A stretch of DNA of 64,000 bases from Octopus sinensis (Eukaryota): contig NC_043000.1 of assembly GCF_006345805.1 (NCBI RefSeq), forward strand, positions 132,556,001-132,620,000, written 5' to 3'. The notes beneath the pieces were generated by a model, which was not told the DNA's origin, did no database searches, and worked only from the letters and a program-made list of their open reading frames with translations. The number at the start of each line of letters is the position of its first letter. Within the stretch, counting starts at the first letter, position 1. Below are positions 13,411 through 26,164 of this stretch, one piece after another. A program made the position numbers and the translations under genes.

Positions 13411-13615
13411 CATTAGTTGCCTTTATTTTATATTTATTTTGGTTTATATTTGTGTCTTTTATTTACTTGTGCTTTTATCTCAATTATAAAAATATCTTAA
13501 TTATAATTTGTACAATGTTTTTGCTCCACTGCTCGTGTTTATATAACATCTCCACATGTCTTACAACATACTGTTGCAATCAATGAATGGATTTTGCTAG
13601 CAAATAAAATAAACA

Positions 13616-13616
<1 letters not shown>

Positions 13617-13687
<71 letters not shown>

Positions 13688-13710
13688 CATTATCATCATT
13701 ATTATTATTG
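13617..13710. repeat. (ATT)n microsatellite
   Basis: Visible tandem repeat. Confidence 0.95.
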
Positions 13711-14105
13711 ATTGCTATAATCGTTAGCGCATCATTAAAATACTTTGAAACAAGTGTTCCGGGTCTTTACATCCAGACTTTAAATCCCACCGGAGTCAAA
13801 TTCGCCTTTGATTCTTCTGGGGTTTGATAAAACAAGGTATTAGTGAAGGGGTCGATTTAATCACCTAACCCCTTCCTTCAAAATTTCTGTCCTTGTGTCT
13901 GTATTAAAAATTATTACCGGATTTACTTTTTAGTTTTTTTTATTAAATATTAAAGGCCCTGCTACACATACATACATAAAACGTACATACATGCATACAT
14001 ACATACGTACACAAAACATATGTGTGTGTGTGTGTGTGTGTGTTTAAGGAAATGTAATTACAGGATAAAAGTAACATACTCATATCGTGTTTGTGTATTA
14101 TATAC

Positions 14106-14407
14106 TACTAGCAGTATCGCTCGGCGTTTCTCGGGTTTGTAAGGGAAATAACTATATAAGCATTTTAGAGAGTTACTTCCCTTATATAATAACAAAAAAA
14201 ATGCATTAAAATTGGGAAAAAATTATGGTAATTTTTTTTTTAAATCGTAGACTCATCGTAGGCGCGCGCTAATACCCAGAAGGGCTCGATATGAATCACG
14301 ACTATAAGATACCCGGTTTTGGTTAAACTGCACCGCAAAATGTGGGAGTAGTTAGGAATCTAAATCGTAGGAGACAGACACACAATTTCACTTTTATATA
14401 TAAAGAT
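14106..14407 (+). mobile_element. Non-autonomous Helentron/DINE-1/Lep1-like element
   Basis: Begins TACTAGCAGTATCGCTCGGCGTTTCTCGGG and ends acagacacacaatttcacttttatatataaagat, the typical terminal architecture of this class (recalled pattern). Confidence 0.55.
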
Positions 14408-14927
14408 TATATAAAATAACAGATTATTATTTATCGGAAGAATGAATGTAAATAATTTTCTCAAGTTGTTTTCTAGAAATTTTCACACAGACTTAAAATA
14501 TTAAAATGTTAAAATATTTCTATAGAATTACAATGAACCTGTTTTAAACAACTTCCTTAAAGTAGCAACTACAGGTTTTGTTGTACGTAAGAATGTCAGT
14601 TGAGATGCTATCAATTAGTGATTTTCTAATGCTTAAAACTACTGTTGCACCCCCAACCCCCCAGCCCAGATTTACTTTCCCTGAAGCAAGTTTTCCACAT
14701 TATTTTAATTTTCAACTTTCACTGAATTTTTCGTGCAGAAATTAGTCTTCTAATGAGTATAAACACATACAATTACAAATATTAGTGTGTTAAAAAGTTT
14801 TCTTTGCTACTGTTAAAAAAAAAAATAGTAAAATAAGAAAAGTAAGAATAATATTAAAATTATTGGTGGATTCTAAAACGAAAATATTGAAAAAAATACT
14901 TGATGCAAATTGGCTTCAAAATTTGCT

Positions 14928-15077
14928 TCGACCCCAGTGCTCAAATACTACTTTCTATTGACCCCGAAAGGGATGAAAGGCAAAGTCAAACTCGACAGAA
15001 TTCGAACTCAAAACGTGAACGAAATGCCGCTTGGCATTTTGTCCGACGTGCTAACGATTCTGCCAACTCACCGCCTT
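14928..15077 (-). mobile_element. SINE family A, diverged copy
   Basis: gaccccgaaagggatgaaaggcaaagtc...cgtgctaacgattctgccaactcaccgcctt. Confidence 0.75.
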
Positions 15078-17879
15078 AAATATTGAGAGTTCTTCAGTAT
15101 TTTAAGTTTTAAGTTTATCGTTTGCATATATTATGAATTTAACTACTTCAGCCAACAACTTGCATTTGATTTATGATGTTTATAACAGACGTCCGCATAA
15201 GCCTCTCTTGGTAACCCTCTCTTGCACTGATCTCACTGATCAAAGAACATTAGATGAGCCGATAGCACATGTCTCAACGGACTTTGGAAGGCCTTCAATA
15301 GATCTATCCTTAAGTTAAAATAAATGCAACTACTTAGAACTAGTGAAGGGTTCTAGACTTTTTAAAAATATTGGGAGATCATGATTTATACCGGGCTAAA
15401 CGTCTCGTTGTATTTAGTTATGTTTCACTATAAAGTACTGAGTCGTACCAATCACCAAACGCCGCTCCTACTAATATATGGCCTCGTGCAAAACTTACAG
15501 GCATTACTTGAACATTACATTTCTGTTGAAGGACAATTGACTGAAATGTCAGTTTTTCCCTAGTCCCCACGGCATCGAAACGTATTGACACTCAGCAAAC
15601 TCCTGTGGATATATTAAAATTGTAATAGTAATTTGAATAGTTTGAGTACGTCGGAAATGAAACTGGAAAATGACAAATATTAAACAGCATATTGGTTTTA
15701 AAATATTTGAAAGTCTCAATGTAGTATCACATGTAAAGGTCTCTGGTGTAGTAGGATGTTGGTGTCTGTTCTAGGTAGGATAGACTGGTTTTCTTTCAGT
15801 GTTACGTATATAGGAACAATCGAAACGTGACTTGGCCCGGAAAATCTTTGAGTACATACAGTTCAGTAGCAAAACCTCACCGTATTATTGGTATTCGAAT
15901 GTGAAAACGGTTGGATAAAATTCCATAGTGTTACATTGTATATTTGTGCTTGCAATGAGTGACTTAATGTATGTGGGTGTGTTTGTAATAAGCGAGTCAA
16001 TGTCATTTTTAAATAAATCATGTAAAACTTGTTGATATGTGCGTGTGTGTGTGTGGGGGGGATTGAGTGGCGGAGTATTTGAGACAGCTTATGTAAGCAT
16101 ATTCTAACTAATGGTATAATGTTCCTTGTATTACAGATAAATAACAAATAGTGACATTTTTCGGTCAAATGAATTAGTGTCTTACTAGTCAGCGTCCTGG
16201 TTAATAGCTGGAGCTAATTGTTGCAGTACCATATTAAACCCCTTGATCAACTATCCCATGGCTAAGGACCCAAAATTCCTTATTCACTATTCTACGGTAA
16301 TATCTTACATGCACCAAGTCTTTTAGTCATGTTATTTATTCATTTATATATTTATATTGCAGCTGGGGGAACATTATACCATTAGTCAGAATATACTTAA
16401 ATAAACTGTCTCGAATACTCCGTTACAAAATTTCCCCCCTCCCTCCACGCATGCAGGCACATATCAACAAGTTATGATGTTGGTCACAGGTTTTCAAAAA
16501 AAAATCAAACATGGTTCACTACATTTCGCAAGACGATAGTGCCAACGGAGTGGCTGCAACTCTGTGTAGAATAAATACAATATGGGACTTCGTTAAAAAA
16601 AGCTCTAGTAATTAGATTTTCTTGACGATCTTTACAACTATTTAGCCATGCCTGTGCCGTGTTTCTGCCCTCATATTCTGAACAAATATCTTTATCCTTC
16701 TGGTCATATTTGTCTTGACTAGTTGTAGATTCGGATATCTTGATCAACTGCTTCATATGTTCTGTCTGTATCATCGTTAAGAGTCCGGATCAAATACATT
16801 AATATCTTAATATCTCAATATCTTTTTGTCAAGAATAAAGTATTTAGCACAACATTATCTAACGTGTACGTTATTTTTAAGGTAGTAAGGTGTGATTTGA
16901 AGAAAATTTGCTTGTAATTTTTTGGAGGTTGACCGGCTACTGATAAACAATTTTCTTCCTATCTCTTTCGTTGTCTTAGCAAGCTCGTATCTCAACATTT
17001 TTCTCTAAATCGTGATTAATTTGAATTTAATATTAATCAAACTTCAATAGGCTGAAAAGTTTCTAGATCAACGGTCTGATCCGGACTTTAATCAAGCATT
17101 CATCAAGTGTTGATCAAGTATTTCTCTAAATCTCGCAACTGTCTTAGTTCAATTACCGGCTCAGTACCAAGATAGATGTGCACTGTTAATACTCTGATCA
17201 AGTCACAAATCATATCAGTGGGAGTTTGTTGACCCGGTTATCTTTCTACGATCAATGATTCACGGATGTTTTGTAGTAGAAGATTTACTCTGTAGAACAG
17301 ACATTTCCCAGATAAACTTTCAGTAAGGAATCTAGTTCCCTAATTAAATGAAGCATGTATCAAACATAATTTATCCAAACGCTCATTGACCCATATAGCG
17401 TAATTGATAACTGATAAGAAAATTGTCTATGTTAATGCTTAGTTTGGGTTTAATATAGAAGAGTAGGAAACATATATTTATATTGTAAATGGTTCCTCCG
17501 TCGGCTTCAACGATCATTATTCTACTTGCTCGATGAACTAAACTACCTGATCAGCGTATCAGCATATACATGGCTGAGTATTCCATAGTTTGAGATAGCC
17601 GTGATGTAAACTCCAATAAGAAGCAATGTGGCTGTTTATTACAAAGTTGCATTTTGAGTTATAACTAATGTCCATCCCACAGACTTCCACATAGTTTCCT
17701 AGTTTCTGTCTTGCCAATATCACTCAAAGCTTGGGACAACCCGAGAGTATGGTACGAAACACTTGTCCAATACTTCGTGAAATGGGATCGAACGCAGGAC
17801 CCCGTGATTCCGAAATAAACATATAGATATGAGAATAAATAAATATGTGAGTGTATGTGTGTGTGTGCGAGCGCGCGTT

Positions 17880-18420
17880 CTTGAGCGCTATTGGTAACAT
17901 GTAACCCAGTACAACCCGTTGCATGGTCGGGTCGTCGGCGACTAAACTGGTAACCCCATCAAGCTTGCTTGGTGAGAAGGGTGATTGCTGGACACCCTGC
18001 GGGGCGAAAAATAAAAAAAGACTCGTCAAAGGGCGGAAGAACTACTGTGTGGTCAACGGCCAATTCAACACGTACCCTCTCACGTTGAAGTGCCAGTGTG
18101 CTCAATTGACTCGGAGAGCTATGCTGGAGGGAGAGAAATCTTCAGGCAGGTCTTACCAAGCCAGACAGGTAGGAAGAGTAGGAGACAGACAAAACCTTAA
18201 CGACTATAAATCGAAGCGTCGGCGGCAGGGCGTAGATTTAGTTACTGGCAGGACCTAATAGATCAGATTCCTGGTTTTGAACTAGCAGGATGTCATACAG
18301 AGGATCTTGAATACAAGACAATGGATGAGACCCTGATATTCCTAGTAAGATGGAGACTGCGGGACCACATGGAGCAGCGACCTGTGACTCCTATAGTATC
18401 ATCCTTAATATTAACCACAA
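17880..18420 (+). mobile_element. GC-richer island, possibly a retrotransposon 5' region
   Basis: Composition shift and an RTE-5'UTR-like appearance (taaactggtaacccc...caccctgcgggg...gtcaaagggcggaag); no diagnostic protein motif. Confidence 0.25.
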
Positions 18421-18425
18421 TCGAG

Positions 18426-18695
18426 AAGGGAACTTCATGGAAAAAGGTTCTTCTCTCTATTTGGTAAGATTGCAAAGGAGTAATTCACTTTGAATTGTTA
18501 AGGCCTAATACAACAATCAATGCTCAAGTTTACTGTCAGCAATTAGAGCGTTTGAGCCAAGCTTTGAAGAAAAAAAAGACCCGCTTTAGTGAATCGAAAA
18601 GAAGTGATGTTTCATCAGAAAAATGTGCGACCCCTCACTGCAAAGATCACATCACAGAAGATCGAAGAGCTTGGTTGGGAAAAAATTCCTCATCA
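18426..18695 (+). pseudogene. Mariner transposase fragment, same family as 24879-26164
   Basis: Nearly colinear with 25600-25870 (PNTTINAQVYCQQLERL, TAKITSQKIEELGWEKIPH), with stops and frameshifts. Confidence 0.9.
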
Positions 18696-19069
18696 TGAGC
18701 ACTTTGTATATGTATGTGTGTCTGTATTTTTGATTAAAGCTAAGTTTCCAGGTGACATTCAGTGTACATCAAAGTATCAAATTTCATTATTAATTTATTG
18801 TTAAATAATTATATAATTGTGATCATGAGTGTAGATTACTAAAACTGCTGTAAGAAGTGAATATTTAAAATTTTATTGGTATTGTTAGACTTCTACTTTC
18901 CACATATATTTTGCTCTCTACATTCTGTATAACCGATTACAAGTTATTTCCAACATTCTACATGGTATTGCATTGAAGTTGAGAAATTTCGAAACTTAAT
19001 CTAATGTTATAAATTTAACTCCAAAATTTGTGGTTGTTTATCGCCCATAAGCACCAAATCACAAATACA

Positions 19070-19071
<2 letters not shown>

Positions 19072-19166
<95 letters not shown>

Positions 19167-19242
19167 CACACACACACACACACACACACACCACACACAC
19201 ACACACACACACACCACACACACACACACACCATACACACAC

Positions 19243-19304
<62 letters not shown>
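19072..19304. repeat. Long interrupted (CA)n microsatellite
   Basis: Visible tandem repeat. Confidence 0.95.
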
Positions 19305-19308
<4 letters not shown>

Positions 19309-19799
19309 TATTGATATGCATGTAAGTATATATATGTATGTATCATAGGTGGTACAAGCCAATTTTATTTCTTCTACATAATTCATTAAAAAAAGCAGAT
19401 AGTATGAGAAATCAGTATATATGTACGTCCAATGGACGGTGCTGAGTTGCCAAACATTTAAACCAAATTTTCTCAAAACAACTTGTCCGACTGTCCCATA
19501 GGCCTCCCCTTTGAGAAGCACTGATTTAACCTAAATTTGAGACACCAGCAAAAGAAGAAAGAAAGATAGGCTTTTTTTCTATTCCAAAGAAAAACGATTT
19601 TATTCACACAAGTATGCAACCGAAGAGTTTAAAGTACCAATAATGTTAAGGCTGTTGACTGGGAGAACACAAACATGGTTTAAACAGTAAGCTTGGCAGG
19701 AAAGAAACGTGCTTGTAAGCACTTCAGAAACAACAAAAAATGGAAGGCGCAGTTATGTACAGGTTGACGGAAGACAAGCACGTTCTCACGGCTTTATCG

Positions 19800-19965
19800 A
19801 TCGCATTCTCACCTGGAATCGATTTTTGTAATTTTTTCAAGACTTATACACGCCCTGATACCGTCGGTATCTACATATCAAATTTGAGCGCAATCGGATG
19901 GAGGATGCCCGAGATCCCAGAAGACACACACACACACAGACAGAACGGATTTTATATAATAGATG
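19800..19965 (+). mobile_element. 3' part of a DINE-1/Helentron-like MITE
   Basis: caaatttgagcgcaatcggatg...acacacagacagaacggattttatataatagat; 5' boundary not determined. Confidence 0.35.
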
Positions 19966-20416
19966 TATGATAGGTATGTATATATATATATGTACAAGCC
20001 AATTTTATTGCTTCCACAGAATTCATTTAAAAAAGTAGATAGCATGAGAAATCACTTCGATAGAGTGGGTAGTGAGTGGGTAGTTAAATTGAAGTAGGGA
20101 ACGTACGAATATCTGATACTATTTAGTGAGTTGTAGGCGTGGCTGGAAGTGACGGGAAGTGTCCTATATGTTAACCGGTCACGACATATGGAGATGTGGT
20201 AGGGAGGGAGTAAGTGGGAGAGTGACTATTTCAAACAACTACTAAAGAAAAACCAAAATCAATTTGTAAATTAATAAGTTCACAAATGAAAATATAAACT
20301 GATCCATAAATTTCTAAATTAGTATTTCAGTCGCAAGAGGAAGAGCTTTAGTTAATTAATGGATTAATAAATTAATGAGTGGACTAAATGCAATTATTTA
20401 AGAGCATTATTTTTAG

Positions 20417-20695
20417 TTACTCTTTACTCGCTTTTACTCTTTTACTTGTTTCAGTCATTTGACTGTGACCATGCTGGGGCACCGCCTTTAGTCGAGCAAA
20501 TCGACCCCAGGACTTATTCTTTGTAAGCCTAGTACTTATTCTATCGGTCTCTTTTGCTGAACCGCTAATATTACGGGGACGTAAGCACACCAGCATCGGT
20601 TGTCAAGCGATGTTGGGGCAACAAACACAGACACACAAACATATACACACACACATACATACATACATACATACATACATACATACATACATACA

Positions 20696-20728
<33 letters not shown>

Positions 20729-20905
20729 TTATATACATACATATATACGACGGGCTTCTTTCAGTTTCGGTCTACCAAATCCACTCACAAGGCTTTGGTC
20801 GGCCCGAGGTTATAGTAGAAGACACTTGCCCAAGGTGCCACGCAGTGGAACTGAACCCGGAACCATGTGGTTGATAAGCAAGCTACTTACCACACAGCCA
20901 CTCCT
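20417..20905 (-). mobile_element. tRNA-derived CORE-like SINE, family C, with internal (TACA)n
   Basis: Reverse complement has head aggagtggctgtgtggtaag...ggttcagttccac, CORE-like caccttgggcaagtgtctt, and tail gactgaaacaagtaaaagag. Confidence 0.85.
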
Positions 20906-21323
20906 ACTCCTATTTATTTATTTTATTTATTTGAAATTTAATTGTTATTGTTCGTCTGGTGGCTAAAAGGAGAACACACAGTGTACCTTCTCCTTTATAT
21001 CCCTTATATCCAAGTATCATGATCAGTAAACATAGAGGTCATTGCTCGTCCTTACCAGCCACGACTAAATCCTAATTTATTCCCTTATCTGCATCACAAA
21101 TTCATATATTTTCACTGCCTTAATTCCTCCCGATAATTTCATACCCTATCAAATTATAATTTTTGATCTTTTCTTGCTAAAGAATCCATTATAAATAATA
21201 TAGAACAATGAAATAAAATTTTGTTGCATCTCGGGAGGGTCAGCATGTCAATAATAAGCACAGGCACTAGTTCTATTTCCCTTCTTTTATTATTTTAGTG
21301 AACTGGCAGAATCGCTGGCATAT

Positions 21324-22096
21324 GACGGCGAGCTGGCAGAAACGTTAGCACGCTGGGCGAAATGCTTAGCGGTATTTCGTCTGCGTTACGTTGTGAGTTC
21401 AAATTCCGCCGAGGTCGACTTTGCCTTTCATCCTTTCGGGGTCGATAAATTAAGTACCAGTTACGCACTGGGGTCGATGTAATCGACTTAATACCTATGT
21501 CTGTTCTTGTTTGTCCCTTCTGTGTTTAGCCCCTTGTGGGTAATAAAGAAATAGGTATTTCGCCTGCCGCCACGTTCTGAGTTCAAATTCCACTGAGGTC
21601 GACTTTGCCTTTCATCCTTTCGGTGTCGATTAACTAAGTACCAGTTACGCACTGGGGTCGATGTAATCGACTTAATCCCTTTGTCTGTCCTTGTTTGTCC
21701 TCTCTGTGTTTAGCCCCTTGTGGGTAGTAAAGAAATAGGTATTTCGTCTGCCGCTACGTTCTGAGTTCAAATTCCACCGAGGTCGACTTTGCTTTTCATC
21801 CTTTCGGTGTCGATTAAATAAGTACCAGTTACGCACTGGGGTCGATATAATCGACTTAATCCGTTTGTCTGTCCTTGTTTGTCCTCTCTGTGTTCAGCCC
21901 CTTGTGGGTAGTAAAGAAACAGGTATTTCGTCTGCCGCTACGTTCTGAGTTCAAATTCCGCAGAGGTCGACTTTGCCTTTCATCCTTTCGGGGTCGATAA
22001 ATTAAGTACCAGTTACGCACTGGGGTCGATATAATCGACTAGCCCTCTTCCCCCAAATTTTCAGGTCTTGTGCCTATAGTAGAAATGATTATTATT
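21324..22096 (+). mobile_element. SINE family A multimer: one head, four B-box units at an exact 184-bp period, one tail
   Basis: gagttcaaattcc starts at 21395, 21579, 21763 and 21947; A-box ctggcagaaacgttagc only in the first unit; tail gtcttgtgcctatagtagaaatgattattatt. Confidence 0.9.
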
Positions 22097-22485
22097 AGTC
22101 AATTAGTTAACCATTATTTCGATCACTCAATCCATCTGCAAGGTTTGTCAAAGTCCTTTCGCCGCCATTCTCGACCTTATATCTTCTCTACTCTAGGTCT
22201 GCTTCAGGTCTGTCAGAATGAAATAAAATTTACTTTGTAAAAGTCACCTTTTTAAGCATAAAATACGTCTATTGTACATTACACCATTGAGTATTCTTCT
22301 TTAAACTGCTATTGTTTCTCGTCCAGTAAACGGAAACATAGAACATCAAGAATAACTATCCATTTGATGTTTCTAACCATATGTGCGTGTGTAATGCTTT
22401 GAGATCGGCTAAATACAATATATATATATATATATTTACACACAAACACACAAACACACATACACACACACACACACCACACACA

Positions 22486-22552
<67 letters not shown>

Positions 22553-24639
22553 TATATACATATATATATATAAACATATGAAGAAATCTCAGTCTTACTG
22601 AAAAAGGTTACTTCAGTGTTTTAAAGACAGGTCTTCAACGCTACAACGAGGTACTGTTACCAATTAAGTTCGTTTCACAATAATTGAAGTTTCTTTCAGG
22701 AACAGTCCCTGGGGCTGAAATACCCAGTCGTTGCAAGTCTGTGTTAATCCTATCGCAACAATGTATTCGAGAAAAAAAAAATTAGGCTAGACTGATATCT
22801 TTAAAAGTATGTAGGTTGCATGCAAGTTAACCTCATGTCAAAATCTTTCGTAATCTGAGGCTTGGTCTGTGTAACTAGTAGCCCGATCTTCATATCAAGA
22901 TTTCTTCTAGTAGATTGATTTGTTGACGTAGAAAGATATACACATTTAACCAAAGAAAAAAAGAAAGAAAACAAGAACAAAATAAAGTTGTAAAATATAA
23001 ACAGACATAAAAATCAAATGAAAATATTAAAGAAGCCAAACAGCGAAAGAGAAAAAAAAATGAGAAATATAAAACAGTTTGGTGTCTTTGGCTGCTAGCT
23101 TTGACCTAATTTTCGAAAATTCGAGATGGAAAGAGATTGATGGCGCCATAGTTACTTCTAGAAGCGAATCACAGTAAACAAAGAAAATGTACAAGTGACG
23201 AGAGAATCCACAAAATATAAAGTTAGTTTTGTCAAGCATATTTTCCGCTGGATCCGTTATCGTGTTATAATTAAATTAAATGAGGATAGGGTTTCCATTA
23301 AGATGTTTATAAACTACATTATAGGTTGGTTCTATGGTGGTGTTGGAAGAAAGGAGATGAAAGCTTAAATTGAAATCGGATACGTACAACTTATACAATT
23401 TATACATATGCATACAGATACGTAAGCTGAAAATATTTTTCATTGCGGGCAAAGATGTCTGGCAGCGAGGCTTTTTTAGATGGTGTTGCATCGCAAAAGC
23501 TGAGAATGCATATTTCAGTTCATTGATAACATCGTCAGCATTATTCAATTGACATATTTTTGAGGGCTAGTGGTCGTGGAGAGCGGTGTCTGAAATTTTA
23601 TTGCTATTTTTATCTCGTTTTACTTCTGGAATTAAATCCGTTTTAAGTTCTAGTCGAAAAAGAATTGAGTTCTATCCTGATATGTGAACAATCTCTTCAT
23701 GATAAAACCATAAGTAGCCACTAAGTGGTCGCTCATCCTCCTAGAAATTGCAGTCGAATCTTCCTCAAATCACCCTTCCGTCATACAATCACACGCTTAA
23801 CAATGTTCTTCCGGGTACAGTTTGTTTCTGAATAAGATATTACAACCATGGTCGAAACACCTTCGATCATAGCTCAACCCGGATTGCGGTCTTCTTGACT
23901 GGGGTTGCACAGACACTAAGTTCTAAAATAGTTAGAATTTTATGACTGGAAATTATATTGAGTGATGCTACTTTTGAAAGTAGAAGGTAATGGAGAAAGC
24001 GCTATATTTTGTCCACACACACAAAAATGATGATTGTGAAACAAATAAACCCAGATTATTGGAGGCTTGAATAATCACCTCTACAAGCACACTGTCCATA
24101 ACAAAAATTACCTGTCACTTATGTACCTCCCTTTGCGTCATCGGCGCTTCTCACTTAAAAGAGGAACTGTGGTATTTTGGAATTCTTTTTAAGGTCTTTT
24201 AATCCTTTTCTTCTCTTTGATAAAGGATATCACCCAAAGCATCAAATTTTCTTCCGTTTCTTCCTTTGACATGTTTATCTTCCTTGTACACTTCTGGGAT
24301 GGTTGTTTCCGCTTAATACTTCTACGTCTTTTCAGACACGGCATTTCGCTTGACTGATAGAGTGTATTAATTGTTTGCTTGTCTCTTCTTCGCCTTACTT
24401 GTATTATTTGTGTGAATTTTATCGATATGTGTGTGTGTGTATGTGTGTATGTGTGTATGTGTGTATGTGTGTATGTGCGTGTGTGTGTTTGTGACTGTGT
24501 GTGTGCGTGTGTGTATACATATACACGCATTATAAATGTACGTATATATAGATAACTGATGGAAAATGGCATTAACGACATTCTTTATTTTAAAACAACT
24601 GCAATTGCTTCGAAACATTGCACTTTTTGTATATTATTG

Positions 24640-24818
24640 GTGACAAGATTTGCATACCCGAATCTTACATAGTTTACGTCCCCGTAACTTAGTGATTTGG
24701 CAAAAGAGACCGATAGAATAAATACCAGGTTTAATGAAAAAAAAAGTAAGTACTGGGAACAGTTCGCTTGATCACGGTGCCCCAGCATGGCCGCAGTCTA
24801 ATGACTGAAACAAGTAAA

Positions 24819-24822
<4 letters not shown>
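24640..24822 (+). mobile_element. SINE family C, 3' part
   Basis: gcaaaagagaccgatagaataaatacc...ccagcatggccgcagtctaatgactgaaacaagtaaaag. Confidence 0.75.
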
Positions 24823-24878
<56 letters not shown>

Positions 24879-24882
<4 letters not shown>

Positions 24883-26164
24883 GTCATCCCATAAGTTCTG
24901 TCCGATTTTACCCTTTTTAATTGAATGAAATTTAATAGTATTTTAGAATGTCTCATGGAATTAAAAATTATTTTTATGGATTTGTGTACATTTAAACTAA
25001 TTAAATATTATTTTACAGAATAATAGAATTAAACTTTCTTTGATTAAAACCCTTTCTAACACGGTAGTGTCCAACGAGCATTTAAGGCACATAATACCTT
25101 ATGAGTACAAAAAAGGAAACTCTACAGCCGAAGTGACTCAAAACATACACCCAGTTTATGGGAAAGAATGCTTGAATGAAAGAACTTGCAGAAGATGGTT
25201 TGCAAAATTCAAAAGTGGAGATTTCAGCTTTGAAGATGAAGATTGAACAGGACGCCCAGTTGAGTTTGATGATAAGCTCCTTGAGGCATTACTTGAAGAA
25301 AATCCTGCATTATCAGTTGAAGAATTGGCAATAAAGCTTAGTTCAAACCATACAACTGTTCATCGTCATCTTCAACAACTTGGAAAGGTTCCTAAACTTG
25401 GAAAATGGGTGCCTCATGAATTGTCCGAAAGCAAACGCAAATCCCGAGTTTATATCTGCTCTTCTCTCCATTCTCACGAACTCATTTCACCCTTTTTGGA
25501 TAGACTTGTGACTGGTGACGAAAAATGAATCTTCTATCGAAATGTTAAACGCCGTAAACAGTGGCTTGGTAAAAGGTAAAAAGCTCAACCACAACTGAAA
25601 AGGGAACTTCATGGGAAAAAGGTTCTTCTCTCTATCTGGTGGGATTGCAAAGGAGTAATTCAGTTTGAATTGTTACCACCTAATACAACAATCAATGCTC
25701 AAGTCTACTGTCAGCAATTAGAGCGTTTGAACTAAGCTTTGAAGAAAAAAAGACCCGCTTTAGTGAATCGAAAAGGAGTAATGTTTCATGAGGACAATGC
25801 GCGGCCACACACTGCAAAGATCACATCACAGAAGATCGGAGAGCTTGGTTGGGAAAAAATTCCTCATCCACCTTATTCTCCCGACCTTGCTCCTTCAGAC
25901 AAGTATTTGTTTCGTAGTTTACAGAATCATTTGGGGGACATAACTTTCGCAAGCTAGGAGGAGGTCGAAACTGACATTTCAGAGTTCTTCGCTTTGAAAC
26001 CAAAAGAGTTTTACATTGATGGGATTAAAAAGCTTGTAAATAGATGGAAGGAAGTCATAGATAATCTGGGAAAGTACGTTGATGATTAAATTTCAATTAA
26101 ATATAACAGTTGATCACTTGTTTTCTTTATTCAAAATTCGGACAGAACTTATGGGATGACCTGA
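24879..26164 (+). mobile_element. Full-length mariner DNA transposon (1286 bp)
   Basis: Perfect 27-bp TIRs TCAGGTCATCCCATAAGTTCTGTCCGA (24879-24905 and 26138-26164) flanked by TA on both sides. Confidence 0.96.
25061..26089 (+). pseudogene. Mariner transposase (D,D34D), ~343 codons, five in-frame stops, no frameshift
   Basis: WVPHEL, TGDEK, EDNARPH and YSPDLAPSD motifs with 34 residues between the 2nd and 3rd Asp; probable start codon reads ACG. Confidence 0.93.

Noticed and set aside
15520-15590. CTGTTGAAG...GAAACGTA resembling the F1 motif
   Set aside because: Stem II is not adjacent to GAAA and stem I does not pair; likely chance.
16505-17400. Non-repetitive minus-strand frames of moderate length
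   Set aside because: No recognisable domain and several stops; may be an ancient TE, but this cannot be supported.
21395-22030. Regularly spaced repeats that might suggest a CRISPR-like array
   Set aside because: The whole 184-bp unit repeats with no unique spacers; it is a SINE multimer in a eukaryotic genome.
23100-23600. ATGGCGCCAT palindrome (double YY1-like site, 23140-23149) and a protein-like minus-strand frame (NADDVINELKYAFSAF...)
   Set aside because: All three frames from the nearest acceptor contain stops, the donor is weak and I recognise no homology; insufficient to call an exon or promoter.
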